This document shows positions 37,801 to 47,121 of a stretch of 53,092 bases of DNA, one piece after another. The position numbers and the translations under genes were made by a program. How positions within the stretch are numbered: the first letter of the stretch is position 1; every line of letters begins with the position of its first letter. Below the pieces are notes generated by a model, which worked only from the letters and a program-made list of their open reading frames with translations, was not told where the DNA came from and searched no databases. The DNA lies in the UHGV virus genome UHGV-0147375, one strand, 5' to 3'. This DNA comes from a virus.

Positions 37801-38567
37801 CCAGCCGCCTTCAATTCTTCTATGGTTTCGGTCAGAACTCTAACCGAATTTCCCATATTTTTAAATTCTCGTTCTGCCTTTTCGATTTCTGGAAATTTAA
37901 TTTCGCTAAGTCCGAGTTTTTCTAAGTCAACCCTAAATCCATTGATAAGGCTTTTCGATTCCTCGATGGTTTCTGCGAATTTTCCGTTATCAATATCCAG
38001 AACGCCTGTCATGCCAAGATTTTTTGAAATCTCCTTTTCTATTCCAGAAAATCTGTCTGTTTTTGCGGCGTTTTCAGAAACACGTTCCATTGCGGTGGAA
38101 AGCTGTCCTGAAACAGAAACAGCACTGCTTGTTTCGCTCGTTAAATCAGACATAGATTTTGCGGCATCCTGTATCGGCTTTCCGTTAATCTGCTTTCCAA
38201 TGTCAAAAATAGGGATATCCTTCAAATGACTATAATCTTCAACAGGTGCAGATTCTTTTTTTGACTTTTTTGTGAGTTGTCCGAGATTCACGCCTTTTAA
38301 CGAAGCACCGATTTCCTTTGCGCTTCTTGCGGCTTTTGAAAAGTTATGTGCTATGATTCTTGCTTGTTTTGCAAATCCTTTTATTCCGTTAATCTCTATT
38401 TCTGGTGTTTTAATGCTTTCCAAAACAGATTTAATTTCACGGATTTGCTTTGTAGAATCTCCTGTTTTCCCGATACCCTCAATGGACTTGCTTAACTTTT
38501 TGACAGACTTTTCCGCATCGGCGGCATCCGCAACAATCTTTATTTCAAGTTTATCTATTTCACTCAT
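34863..38567 (-). CDS. Tape measure protein
   Basis: 1234 aa, helical, W/F-spaced 11-aa repeats, FANGGFP...AREAGAE C-terminus; after tail chaperones. Confidence 0.9.
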   Translation of the reverse strand: MSEIDKLEIKIVADAADAEKSVKKLSKSIEGIGKTGDSTKQIREIKSVLESIKTPEIEINGIKGFAKQARIIAHNFSKAARSAKEIGASLKGVNLGQLTKKSKKESAPVEDYSHLKDIPIFDIGKQINGKPIQDAAKSMSDLTSETSSAVSVSGQLSTAMERVSENAAKTDRFSGIEKEISKNLGMTGVLDIDNGKFAETIEESKSLINGFRVDLEKLGLSEIKFPEIEKAEREFKNMGNSVRVLTETIEELKAAGGNAKQLKPLEKQLERISQKSKIANLNLKDTIALARSKIPSIQDGLQEKQSKKTQQVSQRKRSNKSRGRSSGGLFGRSGGRNSFSLPKMVGMSVLYSTVFQLISTIQSAFTEGMQSLAQYSQSVNANISSMMSALMQLRNAFAAAFEPILSVVAPYLATFISWLARAINMLGQFFAALTGKGYAVQAKKVQMDYASGFGGIKDGANEAAQAIKNMYSLGFDELHIIDDDKGTPTKPSSTKDVGLGPTDMFETVEIDSKIKGLADRIKEAFKTGDFYSLGADLGKKLQDALGSIDWDAIYEKASNFGTGLATFLNGLITPETFSVLGFTIASALNTALYVLNNFGDNFKWDNFGLSIADGINTFFSTFKFELAADTANKWINGILTTLIKAVQGTDWTMIGEKIGEFIKEIDFIDILSNIGTLIFEAISAALKAWNGFVDVAPIESTIIAAVALLKFTGLGASIAKAIAAQIAGSEIVTGIGTAIAGLGPKIAGFILSPWGLAIGAAILAVFMTIKHWDEIKEFLAKLWDGIKKTVVEVWDSIKNFFKTTWDEIVSYYPEKWNELKTATSELWEAVKTTISEKWTAIKNFFTETIPQIVSDIVKWFSGLPGQIGEKISILISSILPTWGNSISTWITASIPEKIKMIIDLFKGLPQGIYNAVTAMGRKIEEIGKWMWKGIKKGLLSLVPSGVKEVVSGILSGTKSAAEIHSPSKLFKREVGAYLGAGIVEGMEESVKGAGSVIDEIVDKVSGGGSLAPVVSVEAPDISQWDATWATLRENFAVLKADIISSMNTFYSTISDMTTNFGTVSKAQITAYLLKVYDNIYNTFDAIRQTLQQVSDEVTRMLNQMVSDANSLAGLTGKKYSHVGGYTMQQAQRFNIEMFANGGFPRSGELFVAREAGAEMVGSIGSKTAVANNDQIERAIFNAVLTAMSQAMANGSSQPIELNQKIELDGDVIYNNQQRVSARRGINFGLGAFQR

Positions 38568-38636
38568 TATTCATTTCCACCACCTTCCATTAACGTTGAA
38601 TAGGCGGTAATAGAATTAACCATTACCGCCTAAATA

Positions 38637-39083
38637 CTATTTCGGGCTTTCTGGTAAACCAGATTGACGAAGTGCAATTATCCTTTTTTTCATTTCAAAA
38701 ACTGCAATCTCTTCATTTGATTCAGCATTCCGCTTTTTTTCGCTAACAGAAAGGATGGGTTCTTTGATATACTCGCTTTTCGCCTTATTTCCTGCCAAAT
38801 TCCGCTCTACACCGACAGTAACGGCGGCGAGCGTATATTGTCCGTTTATCCAATTCATGTAATCTGCGTTTCTGACACGCTGGTTGTATCCTTCTGCAAT
38901 CGCAGACAATATTCTCGGGTTTATTCTCCAAAATTCATCCCACGAAACCCCGATAGCGTATGCCTGTGGAAACCATTCAGCAATCAACAATTCACGAAAC
39001 GATTTGTATTTTTTTCTTATTCCGCTTTGCTCTGATTTTCCGCAGTTTCCGCTTCCGTTGTCTTGTTGGCAGCCCGAAAAAAA
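38637..39083 (-). CDS. Tail assembly chaperone GT extension (via -1 frameshift)
   Basis: -1 frame open from slippery T TTT TTT (39083-39077) through 38637. Confidence 0.7.
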   Translation of the reverse strand, partial: FFSGCQQDNGSGNCGKSEQSGIRKKYKSFRELLIAEWFPQAYAIGVSWDEFWRINPRILSAIAEGYNQRVRNADYMNWINGQYTLAAVTVGVERNLAGNKAKSEYIKEPILSVSEKKRNAESNEEIAVFEMKKRIIALRQSGLPESPK

Positions 39084-39346
39084 TCAGACTGTTCCATAGC
39101 ATCAGACATAGCTTCTGCCATTTCCTCAAGACTCCCACCGGAAACAATGTGTTTCTGCATTTCTTCCCCAGCCGCATTTCTTCCAATGCCGGCACAGATA
39201 CCGAAATACGCTCTCATCATGGACATAGGCTTATCCTGCATGACTTCAAGAGAAATACCTTCATCCTCCAAGTCGCAAACAAGGTTGAAATCAAATTCTT
39301 TTGCCTTATACACTTTTCTGTTAATGGTAAAGTTTTTCATTTGCAT
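39017..39346 (-). CDS. Tail assembly chaperone G
   Basis: Between major tail and tape measure genes; slippery site near the end. Confidence 0.75.
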   Translation of the reverse strand: MQMKNFTINRKVYKAKEFDFNLVCDLEDEGISLEVMQDKPMSMMRAYFGICAGIGRNAAGEEMQKHIVSGGSLEEMAEAMSDAMEQSDFFRAANKTTEAETAENQSKAE

Positions 39347-39432
39347 ATCTCCTTTTTTCTTAATTTACTGTATTTCGGCTATGGACTTATCGTAGTCAGT
39401 CATGTTAGCCGATTCCATATTCAATGACTGAC

Positions 39433-39933
39433 TTAAGATTTTTTTGACAGTGTAATTGTAGTCGGATAGCCATTCTCGTCTTCTGTTACCGCAACATCAT
39501 AATCATCCTCAATCCACTTGGGAACCGTTTTCACAGCTACGGTTGCAGTTCCTGTCAAATGGTCATCCGTAGCTTCATCGGGAGCAAAAGATTCCTGACC
39601 GATAAAAGCGCAGATTCCTTCTGAACCCTTGCCATCTGTCCCATATAAGATACAAAAATCCAGTTCCTTTCCCTCGTTTGAAACCATGTCATCCTTGTAT
39701 TTCTTTTCAAATGCGCCAGAAATCTCCATTGAGCCAGCCGCACGCCTTCCCATTTCCTGTGTTTCTACAAGGTCTTCCAGTGTAGATGTATCCACCATGT
39801 TCTGAGAACCAAATGGGCTTGGAATGGCTTTCGCTCTCAACAAAAGTTTATAAGTTCCTGCCCAATAAGAACCTTCTGTTGGACTTGGTGTTTTTTCTTT
39901 ATAAATAATTCTGGATTTCAAACCTGTTGCCAT
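39433..39933 (-). CDS. Major tail tube protein
   Basis: Position; IPSPFG...VDTSTLED...QEMGRR motif. Confidence 0.75.
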   Translation of the reverse strand: MATGLKSRIIYKEKTPSPTEGSYWAGTYKLLLRAKAIPSPFGSQNMVDTSTLEDLVETQEMGRRAAGSMEISGAFEKKYKDDMVSNEGKELDFCILYGTDGKGSEGICAFIGQESFAPDEATDDHLTGTATVAVKTVPKWIEDDYDVAVTEDENGYPTTITLSKKS

Positions 39934-39987
39934 ATTTCATTCCTCCTTTTATTTTTGCATAAAAAAATAAAGCCCTAAATGGCTTTA

Positions 39988-40398
39988 TCACGTTAAACTA
40001 TCATTTGCTCCGATTACTCTTTGGAATCTTGCGGTACTTCTGTATGTATCCCCCTCATTAAATTCTGGAAGAGCGATAATCTTGAACCGCATTTCCTTGA
40101 ATACATCTGCTACAACAGACATTATTCTGCCTACATCCGACTGGTTTGTGTTTGTGAATACATCGACTTGGAAGGTTTCCAAGGTTGCGTTGATGGAAAG
40201 TCCCTCAAGGTCTTCTCCACGCTCAGCCGCCGCCATACGATGAATATAGACGGTAGGGAAAATAGCATCACTTAACTTCTTTCCGTTACTTGTGAAGTAT
40301 ACAGTTGGATATTTCGGCTCTAATTTTGGCTTAGCTTTTGTCTTTACGATTGAAAATACAACCGTTCCAATGTCATAAGCCCATGAATTGTCGCTCAA
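39988..40398 (-). CDS. Tail terminator-like protein
   Basis: FPTVYI, FQVDVF motifs; position. Confidence 0.65.
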   Translation of the reverse strand: MSDNSWAYDIGTVVFSIVKTKAKPKLEPKYPTVYFTSNGKKLSDAIFPTVYIHRMAAAERGEDLEGLSINATLETFQVDVFTNTNQSDVGRIMSVVADVFKEMRFKIIALPEFNEGDTYRSTARFQRVIGANDSLT

Positions 40399-40895
40399 CC
40401 AAACACCTCCTTTGCAACCTCCGCAATCTTTTCTGCTAATTCTATGGAAGTTTCATACATAAACGGGCGCGAGGGCATACCCTTTGTCCAGTGCCATTCG
40501 CCGTCACGAAAGTAAAACCATCCCTTTTCTCCGTGATTGTTCACATCATACTTCCAACCGATAATACTTGTGTCTGGGTGCGGATTTTCTTTCCCGACAA
40601 TGCCTACACCGAATTCAACAAATTTCGCCCAAAGACAGCCAGTGTATACAATCCACGTTGCACCTTTTTTGATGACCGCCCCTTGCTCATAATTGATACT
40701 GCTAAGAAGTTCTCCTGTATAAACAGCATCGTATTGAGCAACCTTCATTTTGGCGGTCTGTACGCCCACTTGAGCGAGTTTTTTCGCCAGTTCGTTACAT
40801 TTATCAGTCAATTCGTAAGCGTAGCTCTCAACCTCTCTTACGGCGTTCTGGATAGACTTATTGGACATGATATTGATTGATATTTTCTTCGACAT
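40395..40895 (-). CDS. HK97 gp10-like neck/tail completion protein
   Basis: TGELLSSI, AKFVEFG, GMPSRPFM motifs. Confidence 0.75.
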   Translation of the reverse strand: MSKKISINIMSNKSIQNAVREVESYAYELTDKCNELAKKLAQVGVQTAKMKVAQYDAVYTGELLSSINYEQGAVIKKGATWIVYTGCLWAKFVEFGVGIVGKENPHPDTSIIGWKYDVNNHGEKGWFYFRDGEWHWTKGMPSRPFMYETSIELAEKIAEVAKEVFG

Positions 40896-40903
40896 AGAAC
40901 CAC

Positions 40904-41260
40904 CTACAAAATTTCAAGTTCTTGGAACACTTTAAATATTTTCGGAGACTGTATTGCAATCCAGTCAACCATTTCCTCATTCTCAGCCCATGCGCCATAA
41001 ATTCCATTTGTATTGGAAGACAAACCGCTTTCAAAAAGAAAGGCATGGACTATCTCATGCCTAAGTTTCTTTTTGTTTAAGTTGATTTTCCCATCTTCCG
41101 TTAGGGCTTTTTCTTTTGGATTTAATACATAAACCACCTTGTCATAGAAATTGCACAGAGCGTCCGTTGATTCCTCAAAATCAGAAAATCGTTCTGGATA
41201 TTCGTCCACAAACATAATTGAATAATTCTCTCCAAGAACATTTACAGTTTTATTTTCCAT
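40904..41260 (-). CDS. HEXXH metallopeptidase-like protein inserted in neck genes
   Basis: LRHEIVHAFLFESGL...NEEMVDW. Confidence 0.7.
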   Translation of the reverse strand: MENKTVNVLGENYSIMFVDEYPERFSDFEESTDALCNFYDKVVYVLNPKEKALTEDGKINLNKKKLRHEIVHAFLFESGLSSNTNGIYGAWAENEEMVDWIAIQSPKIFKVFQELEIL

Positions 41261-41267
41261 GTTGCAC

Positions 41268-41690
41268 CTACTTTACATTCTTTTGCAAAAGAAACAAATC
41301 AACCGTCAGACCTTCATCTGCAACGCCTTTGACGATGTAGTCGCAGCTTGTCTTATCGACCATTGCCGCCTTATACTGAACCGCAGATTTCTTCCACACC
41401 AAATCCCCGACAGACAAAGGAAGTTTTCCCTTGTCATCGACTATCTGAACAAAATTTGTTGAATTATCAACGCCAAACTCCTTAATAAGAGATTCGCTCA
41501 ATTTGTTACTGATTGAAGCATAGAAGGGGACTGGCATATCGTATCCAGTTGTGTATTCTCCTGTTTCTATCGGCACTTTTTTTTCGTCCACGGTGATGTA
41601 TTTCAAATTCCCATCCTCGTCCGTATCATAGATAGGGACTTGACCGATTTGTTTTGAATAGAACATCTTTTGTCTGTTAATATCGAGCAT
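41268..41690 (-). CDS. Head closure/stopper-like protein
   Basis: Position and size in neck module. Confidence 0.6.
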   Translation of the reverse strand: MLDINRQKMFYSKQIGQVPIYDTDEDGNLKYITVDEKKVPIETGEYTTGYDMPVPFYASISNKLSESLIKEFGVDNSTNFVQIVDDKGKLPLSVGDLVWKKSAVQYKAAMVDKTSCDYIVKGVADEGLTVDLFLLQKNVK

Positions 41691-41701
41691 TTGAAAACCA
41701 C

Positions 41702-42001
41702 CTACTCATGATTCATTCGTTCCTCAAGAGTATCAAGCCTATGGTGCGCAGATTTAAGGCTCTGCTCCAACTTAATAATCTTGTCATTGTGCTTATTGAT
41801 TTCTTCTCTCATTGTGGATATTTCCGATTTTATTTCCTGCGTTGTGCCAGCGATAGCATCCAGCTTCATATTGATTCTGGTGTTATCCTTCACACGTTCC
41901 TCAATATCCTTTGTGTCTGTATGCTTGCTACTTTTCAACCCGAAAAAGACGGAAAATGCCAAAGATACTATGCTTATGAGATATGCTATTTCGACTTGCA
42001 T
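41702..42001 (-). CDS. N-terminal TM plus coiled-coil protein
   Basis: Hydrophobic N-terminus; LEQSLKSAHHRLD motif. Confidence 0.7.
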   Translation of the reverse strand: MQVEIAYLISIVSLAFSVFFGLKSSKHTDTKDIEERVKDNTRINMKLDAIAGTTQEIKSEISTMREEINKHNDKIIKLEQSLKSAHHRLDTLEERMNHE

Positions 42002-42238
42002 TTCTGTACCGCCTTTCTGCTTAATAATTGTGCATCAGCCCACCGCCACATAATACAATGCACCCCTGCTGCCATTTCGTTAAAAAATGAAATCTATCGA
42101 ATTTAATAGAAAAATTAAGCGAATTTTTTAATGAAATTTCATTTGTTTTCGATTAAATTTCAAAAAATTCTATAAATTTATTTTAACTCCAAACGGCAAC
42201 GCACTAAAAACGACTAAAGCCAGTTTGCTTTAACCACT

Positions 42239-42595
42239 TTACAGAACCTTTACAAATGGGTATACGCCAAAGAGCAAATCCTCTCTATTCTTCCAAGTGC
42301 GGCTTATGCCGTTTTCGGAATAGTTTTCCATGTAAGCCTCTCCTGCTTGCGAGCGGTCATACACAGCCAAGTCAACGATATTGTTTTCAAACCTCTTTAA
42401 GTCAGACAAAATATCCATTTCGGTATATGATTCTGGATACATACGCCTTGCGATAATCTCCTTTTTTGCCTGTTCTATCAGTTGGTTCAAGAGCGGATTT
42501 TCTTCCTTATTGTCGAATACCACAGTATCATTCTCGTCAACGTGAAACTGCCGCAGTCTGATTTTCACTTGTTCCAAAATGCTGTAATCAGCCAT
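42239..42595 (-). CDS. Head-tail connector (adaptor) protein
   Basis: LEQVKIRL...G.EAY..YSENGISRTW motif. Confidence 0.75.
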   Translation of the reverse strand: MADYSILEQVKIRLRQFHVDENDTVVFDNKEENPLLNQLIEQAKKEIIARRMYPESYTEMDILSDLKRFENNIVDLAVYDRSQAGEAYMENYSENGISRTWKNREDLLFGVYPFVKVL

Positions 42596-42609
42596 AAGCA
42601 ATCACTCCT

Positions 42610-42828
42610 TTACAGTCCGAATACGGACAGGAGATACTGTTTCAGTTCTGTGCCGTTCATTTCTTCTGCACCCTCAACACCTACGGTCAACGCCAACTGT
42701 CGCAGTTCATTGACAGGCATTTTTGCGATTTCGCTTTTTGTGTAAGTTCTCTTGCCGTCAGTATCTGGTACTTCCTCAAAAGGCTCATACCATATTCCAT
42801 TATGCTTTACTTTATGGTCGAATTTCAT
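42610..42828 (-). CDS. Small HeH/Rho-N-like protein
   Basis: KMPVNELRQLA...GTELK; follows capsid gene. Confidence 0.6.
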   Translation of the reverse strand: MKFDHKVKHNGIWYEPFEEVPDTDGKRTYTKSEIAKMPVNELRQLALTVGVEGAEEMNGTELKQYLLSVFGL

Positions 42829-42844
42829 TTAACCGACCTCCTTT

Positions 42845-43912
42845 TTAGTAGCATTTAATAACATAGGTGCTGTCCATTCTCTCATAAGAGGGCAGTACAA
42901 TTTCTGATACGGTTGTCTTTGTCTGCACAGGGTCATTAGAAACCGTTACCGCAACCGCAACGCCTGTGTTGACAATGGATACATCCGCCTCCTTACTTCC
43001 CATCAGCGTACGTTCTTCTGGTGTAGTGCCGTACCATGTGTTACCCAGTGCGCCGCTAGGAATCAGTGTTGCAAAACCATCTGGATAGAATTTAGAAACG
43101 ACCCCATCTTCATTTTTGTACTGTTTGGCGTAAACGATAATATTTACCCCCAGTTCAGAAGAAAAGAGTTCATTCACTCTGGCATCATCCATAAAGATAT
43201 TCGCCGTTACATTCTGTGCCAGAATTGCAGATTTGATTTTCTTGTTCTTTTTCAGATAGTTCATGGTCTGTCTGGAAACAATCATAACAGAAGGTCTTTC
43301 GCCTGTTTTGGCTTCAACAGAATCCAGCCCATTAGAAACATCTTCAAGAGGGTCGGAGTTTTCAACGTCAGACCATTTATCAGTTTCCCCAGACAACTCT
43401 GCAAAGTTGTTTGTTTTGTAATCGTTGTTAGGGTCGTAATTGTATTCGTATGTAACACCATCTGCCTGTATAGAGATTTTAGGAGAACCGTCAGACGGCG
43501 CAAGCAACTGCATAATCATTCTTTCAGGTACAACCCTCGCACCTTCAACCAAATCATTTGCATCGTCAAAAACTCTACTTAATATCTCCTGTACATAAGG
43601 GTCTGTTGACTCTTGTACACGCAACATTTCCTGCTCGTCAGTTTCCTTGACAATTCTGGATTCACGGAAGAACGCCATTTCTGTCTCAGTCATCTTAAAT
43701 CCTTCTCTACTTCTCAGTGTAGAAACTGCATCAAAGTTAGAAGGAGACAGAGAAACAGGCAGACCTTTTGACGTTTTAATCCATTTCAAGTCAAGACCCA
43801 TTTTCTTTTTCGCAGGGAACAGACCTTCGCCAATGTAACGCTTTCTATTGCTTGCTACTTCTGTCTGCACAAGAGCAACCGCCTTTGCGCTATATACATC
43901 TATAATTTTCAT
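42845..43912 (-). CDS. Major capsid protein (Phage_cap_E-like)
   Basis: 355 aa after scaffold/decoration genes; LFP, ERMIMQLL, GNTWYGTTPEE motifs. Confidence 0.85.
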   Translation of the reverse strand: MKIIDVYSAKAVALVQTEVASNRKRYIGEGLFPAKKKMGLDLKWIKTSKGLPVSLSPSNFDAVSTLRSREGFKMTETEMAFFRESRIVKETDEQEMLRVQESTDPYVQEILSRVFDDANDLVEGARVVPERMIMQLLAPSDGSPKISIQADGVTYEYNYDPNNDYKTNNFAELSGETDKWSDVENSDPLEDVSNGLDSVEAKTGERPSVMIVSRQTMNYLKKNKKIKSAILAQNVTANIFMDDARVNELFSSELGVNIIVYAKQYKNEDGVVSKFYPDGFATLIPSGALGNTWYGTTPEERTLMGSKEADVSIVNTGVAVAVTVSNDPVQTKTTVSEIVLPSYERMDSTYVIKCY

Positions 43913-43926
43913 TACTTTACACCTCC

Positions 43927-44253
43927 TTATTCAAATACAATCAGCGGCATGGCTGTTTTTGCCTCGGTCGCAATCGTAATGCCAGCATTTGCATTTGCAT
44001 TTTTTTCATTTACGCAAGCAAAAGCCTTTATGATGGTTCCGTTGGGGTTTTCATCGTATGTATCCGAAAGCAAAATGCCGATAGCCGTATTGTCATTTAC
44101 CTTCTTTCCTTCTGCGGAAATAGGATTCCCAGCCTTGCACACACCTTCTGTAAACGCCGATGCGTCCAATTTTATAGGAACGAACAATTCGCCGCCCAAT
44201 TTTCTTTTCAGAATTTCCTTTTGCGTAGTTACGCTTGATTCTTTAAATTTCAT
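43927..44253 (-). CDS. Head decoration protein
   Basis: VCKAGNPI...AIGILLSD; between scaffold and capsid. Confidence 0.65.
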   Translation of the reverse strand: MKFKESSVTTQKEILKRKLGGELFVPIKLDASAFTEGVCKAGNPISAEGKKVNDNTAIGILLSDTYDENPNGTIIKAFACVNEKNANANAGITIATEAKTAMPLIVFE

Positions 44254-44266
44254 TTCTTCAGCCTCC

Positions 44267-44824
44267 TTACATATAGTCTTTTAAAACAGATTCAGCCGTT
44301 TTATTTGCATCAGACCATCTACTGCCGATGTCTTTTGCAATTTTTTCAGCCTCCGTCTGCGTTTCGCCGCCGCCATTACTTCCGTTAGGGTTAGGGGAGT
44401 TGTTTGCAATTTCATCCTCTTTCGCCTTGGCAGCAGCCATTTCTTTGTCAGAGATAATCTGTCCGAGAACGTCATAATCGAAAGAGCCATCATCCTTTAC
44501 AATCTGTGCCGCCTGTTCAGCGGTTACTTTGAATTTCGCAGCCGCAGTGCTTCTCTGCGTAGCTAACGTCTGTGCCTTCTCAAGTTCTGCGATTCTTGCA
44601 TTTGCTGTTTCCAACGCTTTATTGGCTTTTTCAGTTTCAGACAAACCGTTTGATTCCAATTCGTCAATCTTTGCCTGTAATTCGTCTGCCTTATCAGCTT
44701 TTTCTTTGTACTGCGCGATTTTATTTTTTTCGTTCAGCACTTCCTTGTTGCTCTGGTTTAACAGATTTGTAATCTGCTCATCCGTAGCGTCTGGAAAAAG
44801 TTTCAATACCTGTTCTCTTGTCAT
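44267..44824 (-). CDS. Capsid scaffolding protein
   Basis: Coiled coil, LSETEK, PNPNG C-terminal motif; position. Confidence 0.75.
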   Translation of the reverse strand: MTREQVLKLFPDATDEQITNLLNQSNKEVLNEKNKIAQYKEKADKADELQAKIDELESNGLSETEKANKALETANARIAELEKAQTLATQRSTAAAKFKVTAEQAAQIVKDDGSFDYDVLGQIISDKEMAAAKAKEDEIANNSPNPNGSNGGGETQTEAEKIAKDIGSRWSDANKTAESVLKDYM

Positions 44825-44942
44825 GTGATTACCTCCTGTCATTTACTCACGCTTTTGTTTCCGCAGGTCGCACCTGCTGAGTTTGCTATTTATCGCATAG
44901 CTGCTTAATTTTTATAAACAAAAAACAGCCCATAAGGACTGT

Positions 44943-45563
44943 TTAAGTTTTCGTGTATTTCAGGCTACATCTGCAATTTACAATTTCTTCCGCACTCGCC
45001 CCCAAAGAGTAGTCACGAGGGAAGGACATTTCAGATGCACCTATTTGAAAGGAATCGAATATCCCGATTTTATATCCATTCGATTCTGCGTGCGTATGAC
45101 GCACCTTATCATCATTCATGGTTATCCATGTTTTGTATTTATAGCCTTGCTTGACCATTTTGATGTATTCTCGGTAGTTGCCAATGGTATTTGCTTCATT
45201 CGCCGCAATATTCATGGCACGCTCAACAGATGTAAAGTAGGGCATATCCTTATTTTCAATCGTTGTTCGGATAATATCTTCTGTGATTTTCTCCGAGTAT
45301 TCCTTTATGTACGCCGGCGGCTCTCCTACCTTTAGAAACTTCAACGCCACCTTCCGATATTCCGCAGAAAGACTTTGTAGGAAATTATCTTCATCCTCTC
45401 CAGATTCCAAGAAAGCATAAAAAAAAGAAATAAAAATCGGCTCAAGTTCTTTTGCTAACTCAAGCCGTTCTTTCTTTTCTTCATCAGATATTTCCATTTC
45501 GCCGAAATAGGTTTCATATACAATTTTCTCTGTATGCAATTCATCATTTTGGATTCTTGACAT
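44943..45563 (-). CDS. Minor head morphogenesis protein (Mu F/SPP1 gp7-like)
   Basis: KTWITMNDDKVRHTH...VNCRC. Confidence 0.8.
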   Translation of the reverse strand: MSRIQNDELHTEKIVYETYFGEMEISDEEKKERLELAKELEPIFISFFYAFLESGEDEDNFLQSLSAEYRKVALKFLKVGEPPAYIKEYSEKITEDIIRTTIENKDMPYFTSVERAMNIAANEANTIGNYREYIKMVKQGYKYKTWITMNDDKVRHTHAESNGYKIGIFDSFQIGASEMSFPRDYSLGASAEEIVNCRCSLKYTKT

Positions 45564-45575
45564 GAAACCACCTCT

Positions 45576-47003
45576 TTATTCTTCTGCAACCGATTGAGAT
45601 TGTTTCGCAATCTCTGCCGCCTTGCGTTCCTGTTCTTCCTTTTCTTCCGCTGTCTGCCACAAAGCATCCATATAGGGCTTAGAAAGAAGGAATGTTTTTT
45701 CGGAATCTCCCCACAGACCAACTGTCTTAACTGCGATAAGAGGATGTATTCCTGCCTGCAACAGCTGATAAAGTGTCTGTGATTTTGTATACATATTGTC
45801 CTGCGGACTATGGTTTATCTGCACATCAAAATCCCTTGTGGTAATGCCTAAATCCTCATGCTTAATGCGTATGATATTCAGCACAACTTTTGCAAGTCGT
45901 TTCTCTGCCGATTTTACAATGGGATCTTTCAGTTTCGCTCTCGTCTTGGAGAAATCCCAACCATTGCGAAGCTGCACCGCCCCCTGTGTGTCTCCGCCAG
46001 AGTTATTGTTGTTTTTATTCGGAATGGCGAGAATGGAAAGGGCGTTGTCCCACAGGTCATCCTTTGCAACCTGTGATTCTGTCTGGTTCAATTCCTGTGT
46101 CATAATATCGACATCCGCTTTGTTTTCTCCATTGTTCGACTTAACAACCAATGCGCCCTGCATTTTCATTTTTTCAAATTCTTCCGAATCAATATCGCAG
46201 TTTACAAATTTTATCCACGATTGCACAAACTGTTCAATCGAATCCATGCGGTTCGACTGCATATTGTTAATGGAATCCAGAATGTCAATAACAAGCTCAA
46301 TATCCGAAAGTCTTTCATGGTTATTCGGGTATTCAATAATCGGTATACCACCGAAAGCATGAAGTTTCCAATCCGTAACAGTAGAATCATATATTTTGCA
46401 AGAATGTGTGTCCGTAAAGCACCGCTTATACATTTTTCCGTTCCTGTCCTTCGATTCCTGCACCGCCAAAATCGGCTCTTCTGTGTTTGCGTTATAAATC
46501 ACAAACGTGTTCAGTGGAGTGGGGGATACAATGCGAAATTTAATATCTCCATCCGAAAACTGCACAGCCTTAAATGATGTACCCGTTGCCGATTGCCATT
46601 CCCCAGACTTAATGTCCTTGGACTGCTTATCAACATCCACCATGTAATCATTCAGAATATCAACGGATCTGTTTATATTTTCATCGTCCTTTCGGCTGAC
46701 AAACTGTACAGGCTCGCCGTATGTTTGCCCGACCTTAAACTGCACAATTTCATATGCGTGGTTTTCAACAACCTTGTTTACGATATCCTCTCGGACAATC
46801 TTTTTTCGATAACGTATCGGCTGGTCTCCCTTGTAGTAATTCCAAAGGTATTCAATGGCTGTTTTGTTTGTATTGAAAACGCCCATACATTTCCCGACAA
46901 CGCTAACGATGTTATCCGGCGTTATTTTATCAACATTCGTGTATGCAATTTTTCTTCCATACTGTCCGCGAACAATCTCTTGAAATGTCATTCTATTATT
47001 CAT
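45576..47003 (-). CDS. Portal protein (SPP1 gp6-like)
   Basis: LWNYYKGDQPI, H.FGGIPIIEYPNN...SD.E motifs. Confidence 0.85.
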   Translation of the reverse strand: MNNRMTFQEIVRGQYGRKIAYTNVDKITPDNIVSVVGKCMGVFNTNKTAIEYLWNYYKGDQPIRYRKKIVREDIVNKVVENHAYEIVQFKVGQTYGEPVQFVSRKDDENINRSVDILNDYMVDVDKQSKDIKSGEWQSATGTSFKAVQFSDGDIKFRIVSPTPLNTFVIYNANTEEPILAVQESKDRNGKMYKRCFTDTHSCKIYDSTVTDWKLHAFGGIPIIEYPNNHERLSDIELVIDILDSINNMQSNRMDSIEQFVQSWIKFVNCDIDSEEFEKMKMQGALVVKSNNGENKADVDIMTQELNQTESQVAKDDLWDNALSILAIPNKNNNNSGGDTQGAVQLRNGWDFSKTRAKLKDPIVKSAEKRLAKVVLNIIRIKHEDLGITTRDFDVQINHSPQDNMYTKSQTLYQLLQAGIHPLIAVKTVGLWGDSEKTFLLSKPYMDALWQTAEEKEEQERKAAEIAKQSQSVAEE

Positions 47004-47121
47004 GCGGCACCTCCCGATAAAAAACAAAACAAAAAACACCGACAAGAATCGGTGTTCGTCTGCTTGCATATTTCTTTATTCTAAATATACCACACTTTTT
47101 CGGGACATTTAGGACAACTTT

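Noticed and set aside
31884..38567. A second DGR variable repeat in other tail genes
   Set aside because: No other match to the TR core seen by eye; a computed search could still find one
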